A DNA stretch of 47,463 nucleotides, from the NCBI RefSeq assembly GCF_001194135.2, contig NC_068999.1, positions 7,806,681-7,854,143 of the forward strand. The letters run 5' to 3'. Origin of the DNA: Octopus bimaculoides (Eukaryota). Below the pieces are notes generated by a model, which saw only the letters and a program-made list of their open reading frames with translations, searched no databases and had not been told where the DNA came from. Below are positions 22,748 through 33,819 of the stretch, piece after piece. The translations under genes were made by a program, and so were the position numbers. How positions within the stretch are numbered: the stretch's first letter is position 1; the number at the start of each line of letters is the position of its first letter.

Positions 22748-23413
22748 AATCCCTCGACTATCGCGAGTGTTACGTTTTAAAACCCCACGCGGTAGGTGAA
22801 AATCTATGGAGCAGAAACAGTAATGTACTGTATATTTTTTAAAATTATTTTAATATATTTATCTTATAAATCCAAAACAACACCACGGAGGAATTGACGA
22901 TAAACCACGAAACGTGAACGGCAATGTGGCGAGGAATTACTCTGTGTGTGTGTTTTACAGAGAAGGAAGTAATTTTTTGAACGCAGTATAGCTGCAAGAA
23001 CGGCAAAGTAAAATCGGGTATTAACCCTTATAAGACGGAAAGAATGGTGCTAGCAGGCGGCCTCGAACCTGTGCCTCTCAGATACCAGCTGAGTGCTCTA
23101 CCATTTAGCTAAATGGACACTGACAACAATTAACGTCAATTTTAATGTTAATTCATAGATTTTTATGAATTAACATTTTAATGTTAATTCATAATTCATA
23201 GATTCATCGTCGTGTACATATGTATATATTTATATATGTATACAGTAATCTCTCGACATATCACGGTTCACCTATCACGGTTTATCATTTAAGCTTACGT
23301 CAATTCCTCTGCATTTAAAATATAATAAATATATACAAATTATAAAGACAATGAAAAACAGTTAACAGTACTGTTTCTACTTCGCAGATTTTCACTTATT
23401 CGAAGGATTACTG
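22744..23413. mobile_element. Non-autonomous pogo/Tigger-like DNA transposon with TIRs
   Basis: Left end CAATAATCCCTCGA...AGGTGAAAATCTATGGAGCAGAAACAGTA. The right end reverse-complements to CAGTAATCCTTCGA..AAGTGAAAATCTGCGAAGTAGAAACAGTA and is followed by TA. A second TIR start, CAGTAATCTCTCGAC, lies at 23243. Confidence 0.75.
23045..23120 (-). pseudogene. Degenerate tRNA-like sequence, Thr(GGT) anticodon, encoded CCA
   Basis: TAGCTAAATGGTAGAGCA-CTCAG-CTGGTAT-CTGAG-AGGCACAGGTTCGAGG...GCACCA. The anticodon stem is perfect; acceptor and T stems pair poorly. Confidence 0.65.
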
Positions 23414-24053
23414 TATATTACTGTATATTACTGTATATATGTATGGATATATTTATGTGTGTGTATGTTTGTGTGTGTATGTGTGTGTGTGTCTGTGTGT
23501 GTGTATGTACAACGGGCTTCCGCATAACTTCTGTCTACCAAATTCACTCACAAAGCATTGGTTTACCCGAAACTATAGTGGAAGATACTGGCACAAGCTA
23601 TCTGCCGAGCAGTGGGACCGAACACGATACCTCGTGGTTGTCAAGCTGCCTTCTTGACCACACAGCCATGCGAGTGCATATGCATAGGAATAAATTATTC
23701 AATTATCTTTTTAATTATTTACTGCTCCAAATACATTTTTCTTTTCGATTTCGCCTGATTTCTCTCTCGTATTACATGAATAGCAGTTTGGCTAATTTCA
23801 TTCTATGCATAAAAATGACGGACGAACACATAATTATCTATTTAATTATTCTATGCACTCATATGGCAATTGAAATCCATTTGCTTAACCTTTCATAATT
23901 AGAGTTATCTATAAATGACTAATTATAGTTGACGATCTTTAAGCCGAGTATATTTCACTTTTCCTAATAGCTATGTCGTATGGAGAATATAACGTGTAAT
24001 TTCATGACCTACGGCAAAATGTGCAAATTATTATTTATATATATATATATCTA

Positions 24054-24481
24054 TTGGGTTGTCCGGAAAGTTCGTGCCGATTTATAGTAGCTTACGTTTC
24101 GACTTATTTTACAACATGGTTGAGTCCATAATATAGGATGTGACTAGAGCACAGTTTAAGCTATCTTTTCGTGGAAGAAGGTTTATGTTCCTATAACCTG
24201 TTTTAATTCTGTAACCCTTTAAAATGGAAGATAAGAAAGATCATTTTCGGCACTTGATGCTTTTCTTTTTCGGTAAAGGGAAAAATGCCTCACAGGCAAC
24301 CAAAGAAATATGCGCAGTTTACGGTGATGTTTCTTTATCCGAAAGAACTGTACGGAAGTGGTTCGCAAGGTTCCGAGTTGGAGATTGTAGCCTTATTGAT
24401 AAAGAGTGATCAGGCAGACTATCCACTACAGATGATGGCCAAATCAAGTCATTAATTGAGAATAACCCACATTGCACAGAG
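24054..24481 (+). mobile_element. Mariner element 5' half (mellifera-subfamily-like) with left TIR and pseudogenised transposase HTH
   Basis: TA|TTGGGTTGTCCGGAAAGTTCGTGCCGATTT TIR. 24224-24481 reads MEDKKDHFRHLMLFFFGKGKNASQATKEICAVYGD..SERTVRKWFARFRVGDCSLIDKE*SGRLSTTDDGQIKSLIENNPH. The TGA is probably CGA decay. Confidence 0.93.
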
Positions 24482-25051
24482 AAAAAGAGAGAAAAACGAA
24501 AGAGAAAAATGATCGTATAGAGTGCGAATCAGAATTATTTAGATAAAACTTACTAGGAAGAGGTTGCGTGGCGTTCAATCATATAATATTTAACTATATA
24601 TCTCTATATCTATCTATCAGTTTATCAATCTATGTATCTCCCTCTACCTTAGTAAGTCGTCATGGCTCCCTTGCCTCACGGCAAGACTATTGAAATGCAT
24701 TCGAAAATGACTTCATATATTTATTCACAAACAACGCACCTCCTAATCGCACTTTAGTGAACATATAAAATGATCCTACTTAAGTGATATCAAGAAGAAC
24801 TGGAGGAAAGCAAACAATCGTTTTTATTAGACACTGTGACAGAAAAGAATAAAGAAACCCTTTTGGTTCAGAAATCGATTAGTGCTGATGGCATTTAAAT
24901 CGCCTCTCCAACCCCTCTGCTAATTTCAAACCAATTAAGGTTGATAGAGAGAGTTGTGTGAGATTACGTTTATGGGAATTACTCGGAGCCTTAATTGCAA
25001 AAGACCCTTTGAGCAATCATAAACAGTAAATTTTAAATTACCTGGAAATTA

Positions 25052-25440
25052 AGGCACAGCCGGGGCTCAGTAGTTAGGAAGCTCGCTTGGCAGGCACTTA
25101 GTTGCAGGTTCCGTATCTCTACACGGTACCTTGAGGAAGTGTTTTCTACTGTTACCTCTTCTATATCTGGAAGCCGGAAACTGTGTGGAAGCCCCCTGTA
25201 TATGTGTGTACGTTATGTGTCTGTGTTTGTACCTGTCTCACGCAACACTGCTTGACAACCGGTGATTGTTTTTTTTTAACTTAGCTGTTCGGCAAATGTG
25301 ACCGTTAGAATAAGTAAGTAACTTTAAGGAGAAAAAATAAACACTGGGATTCATTTGTTCGATTAAAGACTTCAAGGCTGTGCCCCAGCATGGCCGCAGT
25401 CCAATAACTAAAACAAGTAAACGATAAAGCATAAATAAAA
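25052..25440 (+). mobile_element. SINE family A, diverged full-length copy
   Basis: Head, CGGAAACTGTGTGGAAGCCC, CTGCTTGACAACCGG, AACTTAGCTGTTCGGC, CCCAGCATGGCCGCAGTCC. Confidence 0.85.
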
Positions 25441-25584
25441 GAAGTTCTACCCGAATAAAATTCAATTGATAATGTTGCAACTGATAATGATGCTGATGCT
25501 GATGATGATGATGATGAGGAGGAGGATTGATCACCATTTTCCTCATTATTATATCATGGACAATTATGTTTCGAATCCGGGGGA

Positions 25585-25820
25585 CTCATAGAGCGAGCGA
25601 CTCGGTTTCCCTGGTGTATAAGTGGACGAAATCAAAACATTCCCCCTGAATGAGACGCCAGTCCCTAGCAGAGTTACTCATTTTTGCCAGTCGAGCAGAT
25701 TGGAGTAATATAAAACGGAATGTTTTGCGAAAGAACAAAGCACAGTACCTGGTTCGGGAATCGAAAACACGATCTTACGATCGTGAGTGTAACAATCTTA
25801 ATCAGAAGCTCGCATACCTT
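25585..25820 (-). mobile_element. SINE family C (tRNA head)
   Basis: CGGGAATCGAAAAC is the reverse of a B box. Body: GACGCCAGTCC...TTTTTGCCAGTCGAGCAGATTGGAG. Confidence 0.7.
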
Positions 25821-27354
25821 CACCAAATGACTGCGGGTATCTGTAAGTTTCACTTCCGGTTGCTCATTATCAGAAATTAATTTCAAAGTAGATTCAAGGT
25901 CGAGACTCTGTGTTTCATTGTAATTTGTACAAAAGTTCGAGATTAGAGAGTTACAACAAAGAATGATTTCCTTTAAAATCTGAAAATACTAAGTGTCGAT
26001 TCCAGCAGTTCAGATAGACGATAACATACAATTGTGACAGGAAATTATAAATCCGATGATAAGAATAGAACAATTCCATTTGTGTTTAGCCGGTAGAAAA
26101 TTATTTCGTGGAATGGTCACAGTTTGTATTCTAAGATGTTGAGATTATATTTCAGCATTAACTCAGGCGTAGATTTAAAGCAAGTTTTGTAGCATTCACA
26201 AGAGTGAATGTTAAATGCACTATCAAGAGAATACGCGGTGGGAATATTCACTACTCATAGCATTTTCTTTAAAGAAAATTACTTAAAATGATTGATAGCT
26301 TGTATAAATTTTTTTTAATTAAAAGAAAATTCTCTAAAGAGGATCTCTTTATATACTATACAACATAAAAATGTTGGAAAACATATAAATAATAACTTAA
26401 ACGAAGTTATATTACACGGAGGAATATATAATACAATAAAATTATATATATATATATATATATATATNNNNNNNNNNNNNNNNNNNNNNNNNNNNNNNNN
26501 NNNNNNNNNNNNNNNNNNNNNNNNNNNNNNNNNNNNNNNNNNNNNNNNNNNNNNNNNNNNNNNNNNNNNNNNNNNNNNNNNNNNNNNNNNNNNNNNNNNN
26601 NNNNNNNNNNNNNNNNNNNNNNNNNNNNNNNNNNNNNNNNNNNNNNNNNNNNNNNNNNNNNNNNNNNNNNNNNNNNNNNNNNNNNNNNNNNNNNNNNNNN
26701 NNNNNNNNNNNNNNNNNNNNNNNNNNNNNNNNNNNNNNNNNNNNNNNNNNNNNNNNNNNNNNNNNNNNNNNNNNNNNNNNNNNNNNNNNNNNNNNNNNNN
26801 NNNNNNNNNNNNNNNNNNNNNNNNNNNNNNNNNNNNNNNNNNNNNNNNNNNNNNNNNNNNNNNNNNNNNNNNNNNNNNNNNNNNNNNNNNNNNNNNNNNN
26901 NNNNNNNNNNNNNNNNNNNNNNNNNNNNNNNNNNNNNNNNNNNNNNNNNNNNNNNNNNNNNNNNNNNNNNNNNNNNNNNNNNNNNNNNNNNNNNNNNNNN
27001 NNNNNNNNNNNNNNNNNNNNNNNNNNNNNNNNNNNNNNNNNNNNNNNNNNNNNNNNNNNNNNNNNNNNNNNNNNNNNNNNNNNNNNNNNNNNNNNNNNNN
27101 NNNNNNNNNNNNNNNNNNNNNNNNNNNNNNNNNNNNNNNNNNNNNNNNNNNNNNNNNNNNNNNNNNNNNNNNNNNNNNNNNNNNNNNNNNNNNNNNNNNN
27201 NNNNNNNNNNNNNNNNNNNNNNNNNNNNNNNNNNNNNNNNNNNNNNNNNNNNNNNNNNNNNNNNNNNNNNNNNNNNNNNNNNNNNNNNNNNNNNNNNNNN
27301 NNNNNNNNNNNNNNNNNNNNNNNNNNNNNNNNNNNNNNNNNNNNNNNNNNNNNN

Positions 27355-27386
<32 letters not shown>

Positions 27387-29494
27387 CATAGTAATTAGTA
27401 TGGCTCTTGGATTTAATGATGAAGTCACTGTGTAAGTAGCGAGAGAAACAGATCCATTTAACGGAGACTGTCGGAGGTGAGCCAATTGTGAGGAACGAAG
27501 GCCACTTGTGTCAATATAAAGAAGAAAAAAACAGAGAAAAGTTATGTAGTTATGTAGTAATGCTAGTAATGTTATAACGATGTTACCGTTATGGAATACA
27601 TGGTAGATTAATTGATAACAAACTCGCAATCCACTGCAGCAAAACCTCCACTGTCACGTATTCTCTCGGTCGTATCTACTTTTACCTGTAGAGAAAACAC
27701 TAGTCTGAGTCATTTGCTATGATCAGGCACCTTCATGTTTTCCCCATTTACTACTCTGATGTTGATGGATGCGCGTCCGAAAATGCATGCAAAAAGACAC
27801 CGCTTTAATGCACGGTGATGTAAGAACAAGCAATAGTCAGTGCTTTCTGAGTAGCTATCTCGGGAGAGCTTTCTATAGTACAAACACTGTCTGTTGAGCG
27901 ATCGCTCACCCGTGTTATCACAGATCAATTCATGATAAGCGCATCATGGTTCACATTTGAGCGTAGTGTATTATCATGGGTCAGTGAAGAATACATTAAC
28001 GAATCAATGATCAACAAGGCTACATAGATTAGCAAAATGCAAAATTACATATTGAAAGCGTGAAATAATGTTTTTCTCATATTTTCAATAATTTCTTACA
28101 TTAACCGATTGCGAACGAAAGATGTCAATAAGCGATTTACCAAAATTATGTCGAGGGAAAGAAATCGTAGATAAGCGATGGTGATTTTCATTCCCATAAC
28201 ACATTAAAATTCAGTTATAAATATTATTTTCCCCATCTTTTGCAGGCAATGTAACATGCTTAAGCATTAATTAACATATTTATGGAGTTTAAGAAATAAT
28301 TGAATATGAAATTTCACCGCAAAATATACGCTCCGAAGTGATTCAGAATATAAATATGAAAGTAAAGATTTTTCAGTTATTTTTTTCGCCTACAGTACTA
28401 GTTCTAAAATGTTTCTTTTTTATTAAGTAACTATGTTTTAGAGCTGTCTTTGGTAAAGAGGAAACGATAACTGTACGTCTAGCATCTACACTACTGCCAG
28501 GTTCTCACGGCCCGTTTTTACTCGAGTAATCCGGTCGGTGGGATTTCCGCTTTGGGGTTCTATAGGCTAGTGATAGAGAAAAACGATAACGTTTTCGGGA
28601 AAATTCTAGGCTCCGACGAGAAAAAAAAAACTAGCTGCTCTGTTCTGAGGAACATTCGACCCAGGAACTATATAAGTTATTAAATGGAGATCCGATATCA
28701 TTGAAGGCTAAATATTGGGAAACAGCTGTGTGTGATAGCTTAGATAGAAAATCATATACCAGTCCATGCTCGGCATAATAATCTAAACCGCTTGTCAAAT
28801 AACTCTAAATAATAATAGCCGATAAAAAATGTTGTTGGTTGGTTGGTTGGTTGATTCTCTACTCACGCCTGCTTTACATCGTATAGCTTTCTATACGATG
28901 TAAAGAGAGGGAGAGAAATTAACCGAGATATGCTGAGAGAGTTATATAAGATGTGCAGAATAGGTTGATATCGAGAGTTTGCCGAAAACGTCTTGATTTT
29001 CCTAAGCCTGTAAATGAACTCAGAAGTTTCGGCCTCCGACTAGGCCTTTCACGACACCCTTAAAGCTAGGAACTTTTCAGTACTCCCTCGTACTAGATGT
29101 GTTGGTAGATTAAGTAAAAAGAGGTTACACACAGTGAGAGGGAATGAAGTGAGAGAGAATGAATCATATAGACACAGAAGGAGTAGATGGAACGAGGCGG
29201 AGGAGTGGAAGATAATGCACTATAGTGATGGTGGATATACGAAAGAGGTAATTTGTTTTATATTAAGGTAGTAAATGTTTCTTTTGAAAATAAGTATGCA
29301 TCATTTTGAAGAAGCACCAAGAAATTTGATAAATGTTAAATAGCAATTATTGTATGAATGCCATATTTCCTGATATAACCCACAAGATGGCTAAAGTATA
29401 CTTTCAAATTTATCCGTCTTTTGACGGGTAACACTCTAGTTTCTATTATATCGACGTTTGTTTATTTTCCTTGTTTTTTCTACAAAATATTGTT

Positions 29495-29708
29495 TGTAAT
29501 TTAGGGACAAGGCCAACAATATTTGAAGAAACACGCTAGCTATTTCGATCGATGACATTACTTGTGTGGTACCATATTCTATTGAACCTGGATAGATAAA
29601 CTGAAGGGCAGATCAGGATAGGATTTGAACTCAGAATGTAAGTACTGCGATTAGATGAAGCAAGGAATTTTGTCCGATTCTTTTTCGATTTGTCAATCTG
29701 CCGCCCTT
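29495..29708 (-). mobile_element. SINE family B, old copy
   Basis: TTTAGGGACAAGGCC...GGATTTGAACTCAGAATG...TCTGCCGCCCTT. Confidence 0.65.
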
Positions 29709-29763
29709 GTTTTTTTTTCTATTAAATACAAAATACTTATTATGAACTGAAAGTTTATTATTA

Positions 29764-29797
<34 letters not shown>

Positions 29798-29809
29798 TTT
29801 CGATTCTTA

Positions 29810-29895
29810 GGGCACATAAAGCAGGTTATCCGGTTTTCATGGCTTGTAATCAAGCGAGATCATAACATTTCCCCGAACGGTACTCTAACCCGTTG
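29810..29895 (-). mobile_element. SINE family C 3' fragment
   Basis: CCGGTTTTCATGGC...AACATTTCCCCGAACGG resembles 25605-25660. Confidence 0.45.
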
Positions 29896-29899
29896 CAAG

Positions 29900-30085
29900 T
29901 TTAAATGGCAGCAATTTTGAGGCCAGGAACCAAGTCGATTACATCGACCAATTTACTTGACTTGCACTTATTCTAACGACCCGGAGGAATAAAAGGCAGG
30001 GTTGACTTCGGTGGGATTTGAATTCAGAACGTAGACAGCTGGAAGAAATACCGCCAAGCATTTTGGACGACGTGCTCACGATTGT
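29900..30085 (-). mobile_element. SINE family B (unit 1 of an old tandem duplication)
   Basis: AGTCGATTACATCGACC...GTTGACTTCGGTGGGATTTGAATTCAGAACG...AAATACCGCCAAGCATTTT. Confidence 0.85.
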
Positions 30086-30169
30086 ATTGAAAGGTTGTAG
30101 AATTAAAAGCATTGCGAATTTCTTGCAGGAAAATGACGCAAAGGAGGAAGTGAGTTTAATGTTAATAAT

Positions 30170-30362
30170 TGTCTAAAATTTTAGGGAGAATTGGGAATAA
30201 TTGATTACATGGTCTCTAGCTACTTGAGTGTATTTTATTGGCAACGAACGAATGTGAGGTAAAGTTGATGTCGGCGGGGTTTGAACTCAGAACGTAAAGA
30301 ATCGGAGAGAATGCCGCTAAGCATTTTATCCGACGTGCTAACGATTCTGCCAGTTCGACACT
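30170..30362 (-). mobile_element. SINE family B (unit 2 of an old tandem duplication)
   Basis: AAAGTTGATGTCGGCGGGGTTTGAACTCAGAACG...GCTAACGATTCTGCCAG. Confidence 0.85.
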
Positions 30363-32219
30363 TTGGTTGGCGTTGTAGAACTATAAATATTGCGAATTTA
30401 CGCTGAGAACATAACACAAACGACTTAAGTGAATTGAATTAAATATTGATAGTGAAAATAGAAACCGTTTCGTTCTTTTAACAATGCTTCGGCTTACGTG
30501 ATATCATACGGCATTCACCTGACGGATTTATTGTTGTATCTAACGGCAACTCAATGTTTTAGAAGAACACAAAGACCAACTGATACGAAGATGGATGCCT
30601 GATAAGGTATATTATTATATTGCATCCGTTCAGTTAATCAGAGAGATTATTTTAATTTCGTTTCATTTCGATACGCTTCTCATTTGTTTTTATATTTCTT
30701 TCTTTATAAAGTTAATTATGGAACTCAGCTGGTGCGACACGCTAACATTTTAGTTCGTTTAAGAAAATAATGGACTGTGGAACACTTTCAACCCCACCAT
30801 CCTCTCCCGCTTATAGGATTTCTGTATAAATATTATTTTTTTGTTGCTACAAAATGAGTTGAATATTATGATTTACAGTCAACAGGTTTCTGGTTGAACT
30901 AAAGGATGCCAGAAAAATTCAAACCGAGGTAATTTCTTCTTTTTTAACTTTATTTTTCTTCAAAAATATCATTGTGTTCCGAAAACAACACCATTATCGC
31001 TTGCTTTATCTTTGTCTTTCTTTAATCTTTAGTGTAGGAATTTTATTTACTTATTATTTTTTAGCAATATTTTTCTACCATTAAAATTTTCCAGAGTAAA
31101 TTTTTAGGCATAATTAACAAGTTAAATTCACCTTCCTGTTACGTACGTTTGTGATAATGTACAAATCTAATTTCTCGATTTCTTACTCTTTATTTTAAAA
31201 TGTCATCCCCGCATTAGTGTGTTGCCAATTATTCTTAGATTTGTATTATCCCCTCTGATCCACAATGTATTTGATTCAATAATTATCTTCTTTTCAAAAC
31301 AATTTAACTTCACTTGCAAACGTTCTTTCCGTTTTCATTTATGTTCTCGTAAATTATGCATTTGATAAGTTATCAGATACTGTCTATAATTATATTTTAT
31401 AATACGATCCCTCTCACTTATATTTCATTAGTTGCTTAACCCTACTTCGGTCCTGATTGAAAAAATTCTAATTCAAATGCATTCCAAACGTGACCATTCT
31501 ATCGTTCTGCTTATCATGGATTTCGTTGTTTACAGTACTCATCTTTAAAACCGCAGGAATTGATTAAAAGATGTATCTAATAAAATTTAACAGCTTCCGT
31601 TATATTTCCTCCGTTTAGTTTTGTAAAAATATCTTCTGGGGTCGGTTGTGGGTAATGGTTCATTTGTAATCAGTCATTTAAACCGGTCAAAAAATCGGCA
31701 CACAACCTAACTTTGTTATTTTAATTTTTTATAAATATAGTCGGAGCTGCTCATTTCGTTTAATTCGCTTCTTCAATGATTCTGTTTTGTCATAGTCCAC
31801 TTGCTATATTGCTACAAGAGGCATTTTCCTATCAGCCTTCAACACAGGTGTAATGTTATCATCTAATTCTAAACACGTCTCAGTCTTTGTGCATAGACCT
31901 AGTTTGTCCGAGAGTACTTGCGGAAACATAAAAAAAAAAAATTCTCTTTAACTCTTCAGACCAATCATCTTTTGAGTGACAACGATTTACGCTTTTACAC
32001 TAGAGATTTATGGGGAGGTCTCATAAATCGGATAATTCTAACGACGAAGGCTTTCACCTTGCATGTTTTCCCTCGAAGTGTGACATTAGTCCACATTTCG
32101 CCCATGAAATGTAATTTGTCGCCCGCCACGCCAGAAGCAGATTTCGCAGTATTCTTCCACTATATAATTGAAGTATAATATGTATTCCATTCATTTTTCA
32201 CACGTACGAATTTTCTTAT

Positions 32220-33167
32220 TTAGGAGTCGATTTTTGTTTCAACTGAAAGTACTCGTTGATTTTTAACTTTTGTCCTCCGTAATTTTGTTCTGCAATGTGA
32301 ACTCTTGTGACCAGTTCTTTTGCAATTATAACATTTTTTATCTTTAATTAGACAGTCTTTTCTGAAATGTATACCCCAACATCCATAACATAGATTGGGA
32401 CATGGCGCTCTTTTTTTGTTGTACTTTTTCCGGTCGGCATATTTGTAGTTTTGAAGAGTCCTTGTCTTGAATTTTTTTCTACATTGTGTTTCAGATTTAC
32501 CATTCTTTGTCATTCTTCTGTCACGGAGTGTAAGGTTGGATCTTGGTTCGCTTGTTTCAATTTTAAAAGAATTCTTGCCAGAATTTCTGTACCTTCGCTT
32601 GTTGTAAGGCCTTGACCAAAAATAAGGCACTTGAACATCTCAGGTGTAAGTTATTTGGGTTTAAGATTTTCAAACATCCTGCATATGTGATAAATTCATC
32701 ATTCTCTTTTTTCGTTATATTCCAACACTCCATTCGAGTGTTAAAAAGGGAAGTTTTATTACCGGATATGTGAGACAGTAATTGTATTGTTTCTTTAAAA
32801 CAATTTTCATCAGGTTTTTTGGGCAATATGAAATTACAATAACGTTCATGCTCTAGCGGAGCTAATTTTCGCAATAACCATCTCAATTTTTCTTCGTCCG
32901 ACCATGATTTACAATCTTGTTTAAAAATCTCTTTGTAGTACGATAGAAAAGTTATAGCCCCCTCTGGGTTATAACTGAATTCATTTATCGAGTTCGAAAT
33001 GCCGTCTGGTGAAAACGAAATTACCTCATTTTTGGACGTCTTTGAATATAGCTCCAATAATTGTTGTTGTTGTAGTTGTTGCCGTAATAGCCGCTTCTGC
33101 ATCTCTACTTGCTTTTCTTGTTGTGTTGCTTTTGCAACTGTACTATGGAAGCTAATAAGTATTCCAT
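32220..33167 (-). pseudogene. gag: gag of the Gypsy element (frameshifted; ORF-track pieces 32563-33177 and 32220-32630)
   Basis: Probable original ATG at 33167 (MEYLLASIVQLQKQ), Q-rich N-terminus, capsid-like region, and C-terminal CCHC knuckles. Confidence 0.88.
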
Positions 33168-33224
33168 TATTTAACAAGTTGTATCACGGACAAATTGTTA
33201 CATAAACTACTTGAGCTTCCAAAC

Positions 33225-33235
33225 CCTCGTCGCCA
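33225..33235 (-). promoter_or_regulatory. Primer-binding site TGGCGACGAGG (tRNA-Ser(GCT) 3' end)
   Basis: Lies 2 nt downstream of the LTR end ACAACA and is complementary to metazoan tRNA-Ser(GCU) ...CCUCGUCGCCA. Confidence 0.85.
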
Positions 33236-33237
33236 AA

Positions 33238-33468
33238 TGTTGTAACGTAGTTTATGTACAATAAACAAATAACTAGACAACAGTAAGAACAATGTAAAGA
33301 ACTAACAAATCTATTCACGAAACAACAATCAATATTCCTTGTAAACTAACCAACTGACATTTTCCGACTTCACTGCGACGGAACACGGACTTCACACTCT
33401 GAACCCTGAACTCACTCGAATCGTTATGACTTATACTTAACTCAGACCAGTATATCACTCGCACAACA
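33238..33468 (-). repeat. 5' LTR (231 bp)
   Basis: Bounded by the inverted termini TGTTGT...ACAACA and adjacent to the PBS. No second LTR in the window. Confidence 0.85.
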
Positions 33469-33555
33469 ATATATATATCTATGTGTGTATATATTCATAT
33501 ATATGTGGGGGGGGGAGGTGTATATATATATATATATTTGGTTAATGCGAATAAG

Positions 33556-33665
33556 ATATACGAGTGTCTTCTTTAAGTTTCCCTCTTGCCCAAGGTGCCA
33601 TGCAGTGAAACTGAACTCGGAATCATGTAGTTAGGGAGCAGGCATCATACCACAGAGCTACGCCT

Positions 33666-33667
<2 letters not shown>
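33556..33667 (-). mobile_element. SINE family A 5' fragment, followed by (CT)n at 33668-33730
   Basis: TTGCCCAAGGTGCCATGCAGTGAAACTGAACTCGG...ACCACAGAGCTACGCC. Confidence 0.8.
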
Positions 33668-33733
<66 letters not shown>

Positions 33734-33819
33734 ATATATATATATATATACGTGTTTCAATAATTAGAGTTGCATTTTTAGTAGAATGAATTGACTTCGC
33801 TATTTTGTATGCCTAGTAT

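Larger units (their letters stand above)
22514..23677 (-). mobile_element. SINE family A split by a DNA transposon inserted in its central (TA)n
   Basis: 3' half at 22514-22710 (TTTCAGTCAC...GTTGTCAAGCGG) and 5' half at 23450-23677 (ACGGGCTTC...TCTACCAAATTCACTCACAAAG...CACACAGCCATG) are collinear and on the same strand. Confidence 0.85.
31605..33468 (-). mobile_element. Ty3/Gypsy LTR retrotransposon (Mag/K02A2.6-like): 5' LTR, PBS, gag, protease and RT N-terminus; 3'-truncated and pseudogenised
   Basis: Gag: ISNSINEFSYNPEG..LLRKLAPLEHERYCNFILPKKP..SLFNTRMECWNITKKEND. Two Zn knuckles: CYGCWGIHFRKDC and CYNCKRTGHKSSHC. Protease NGIHIILQLYSG (DSG mutated). RT: VRLCADFLTGLND*LQMNHYPQPTPEDIFTKLNGG. 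Frameshifts and stops throughout. Confidence 0.95.
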
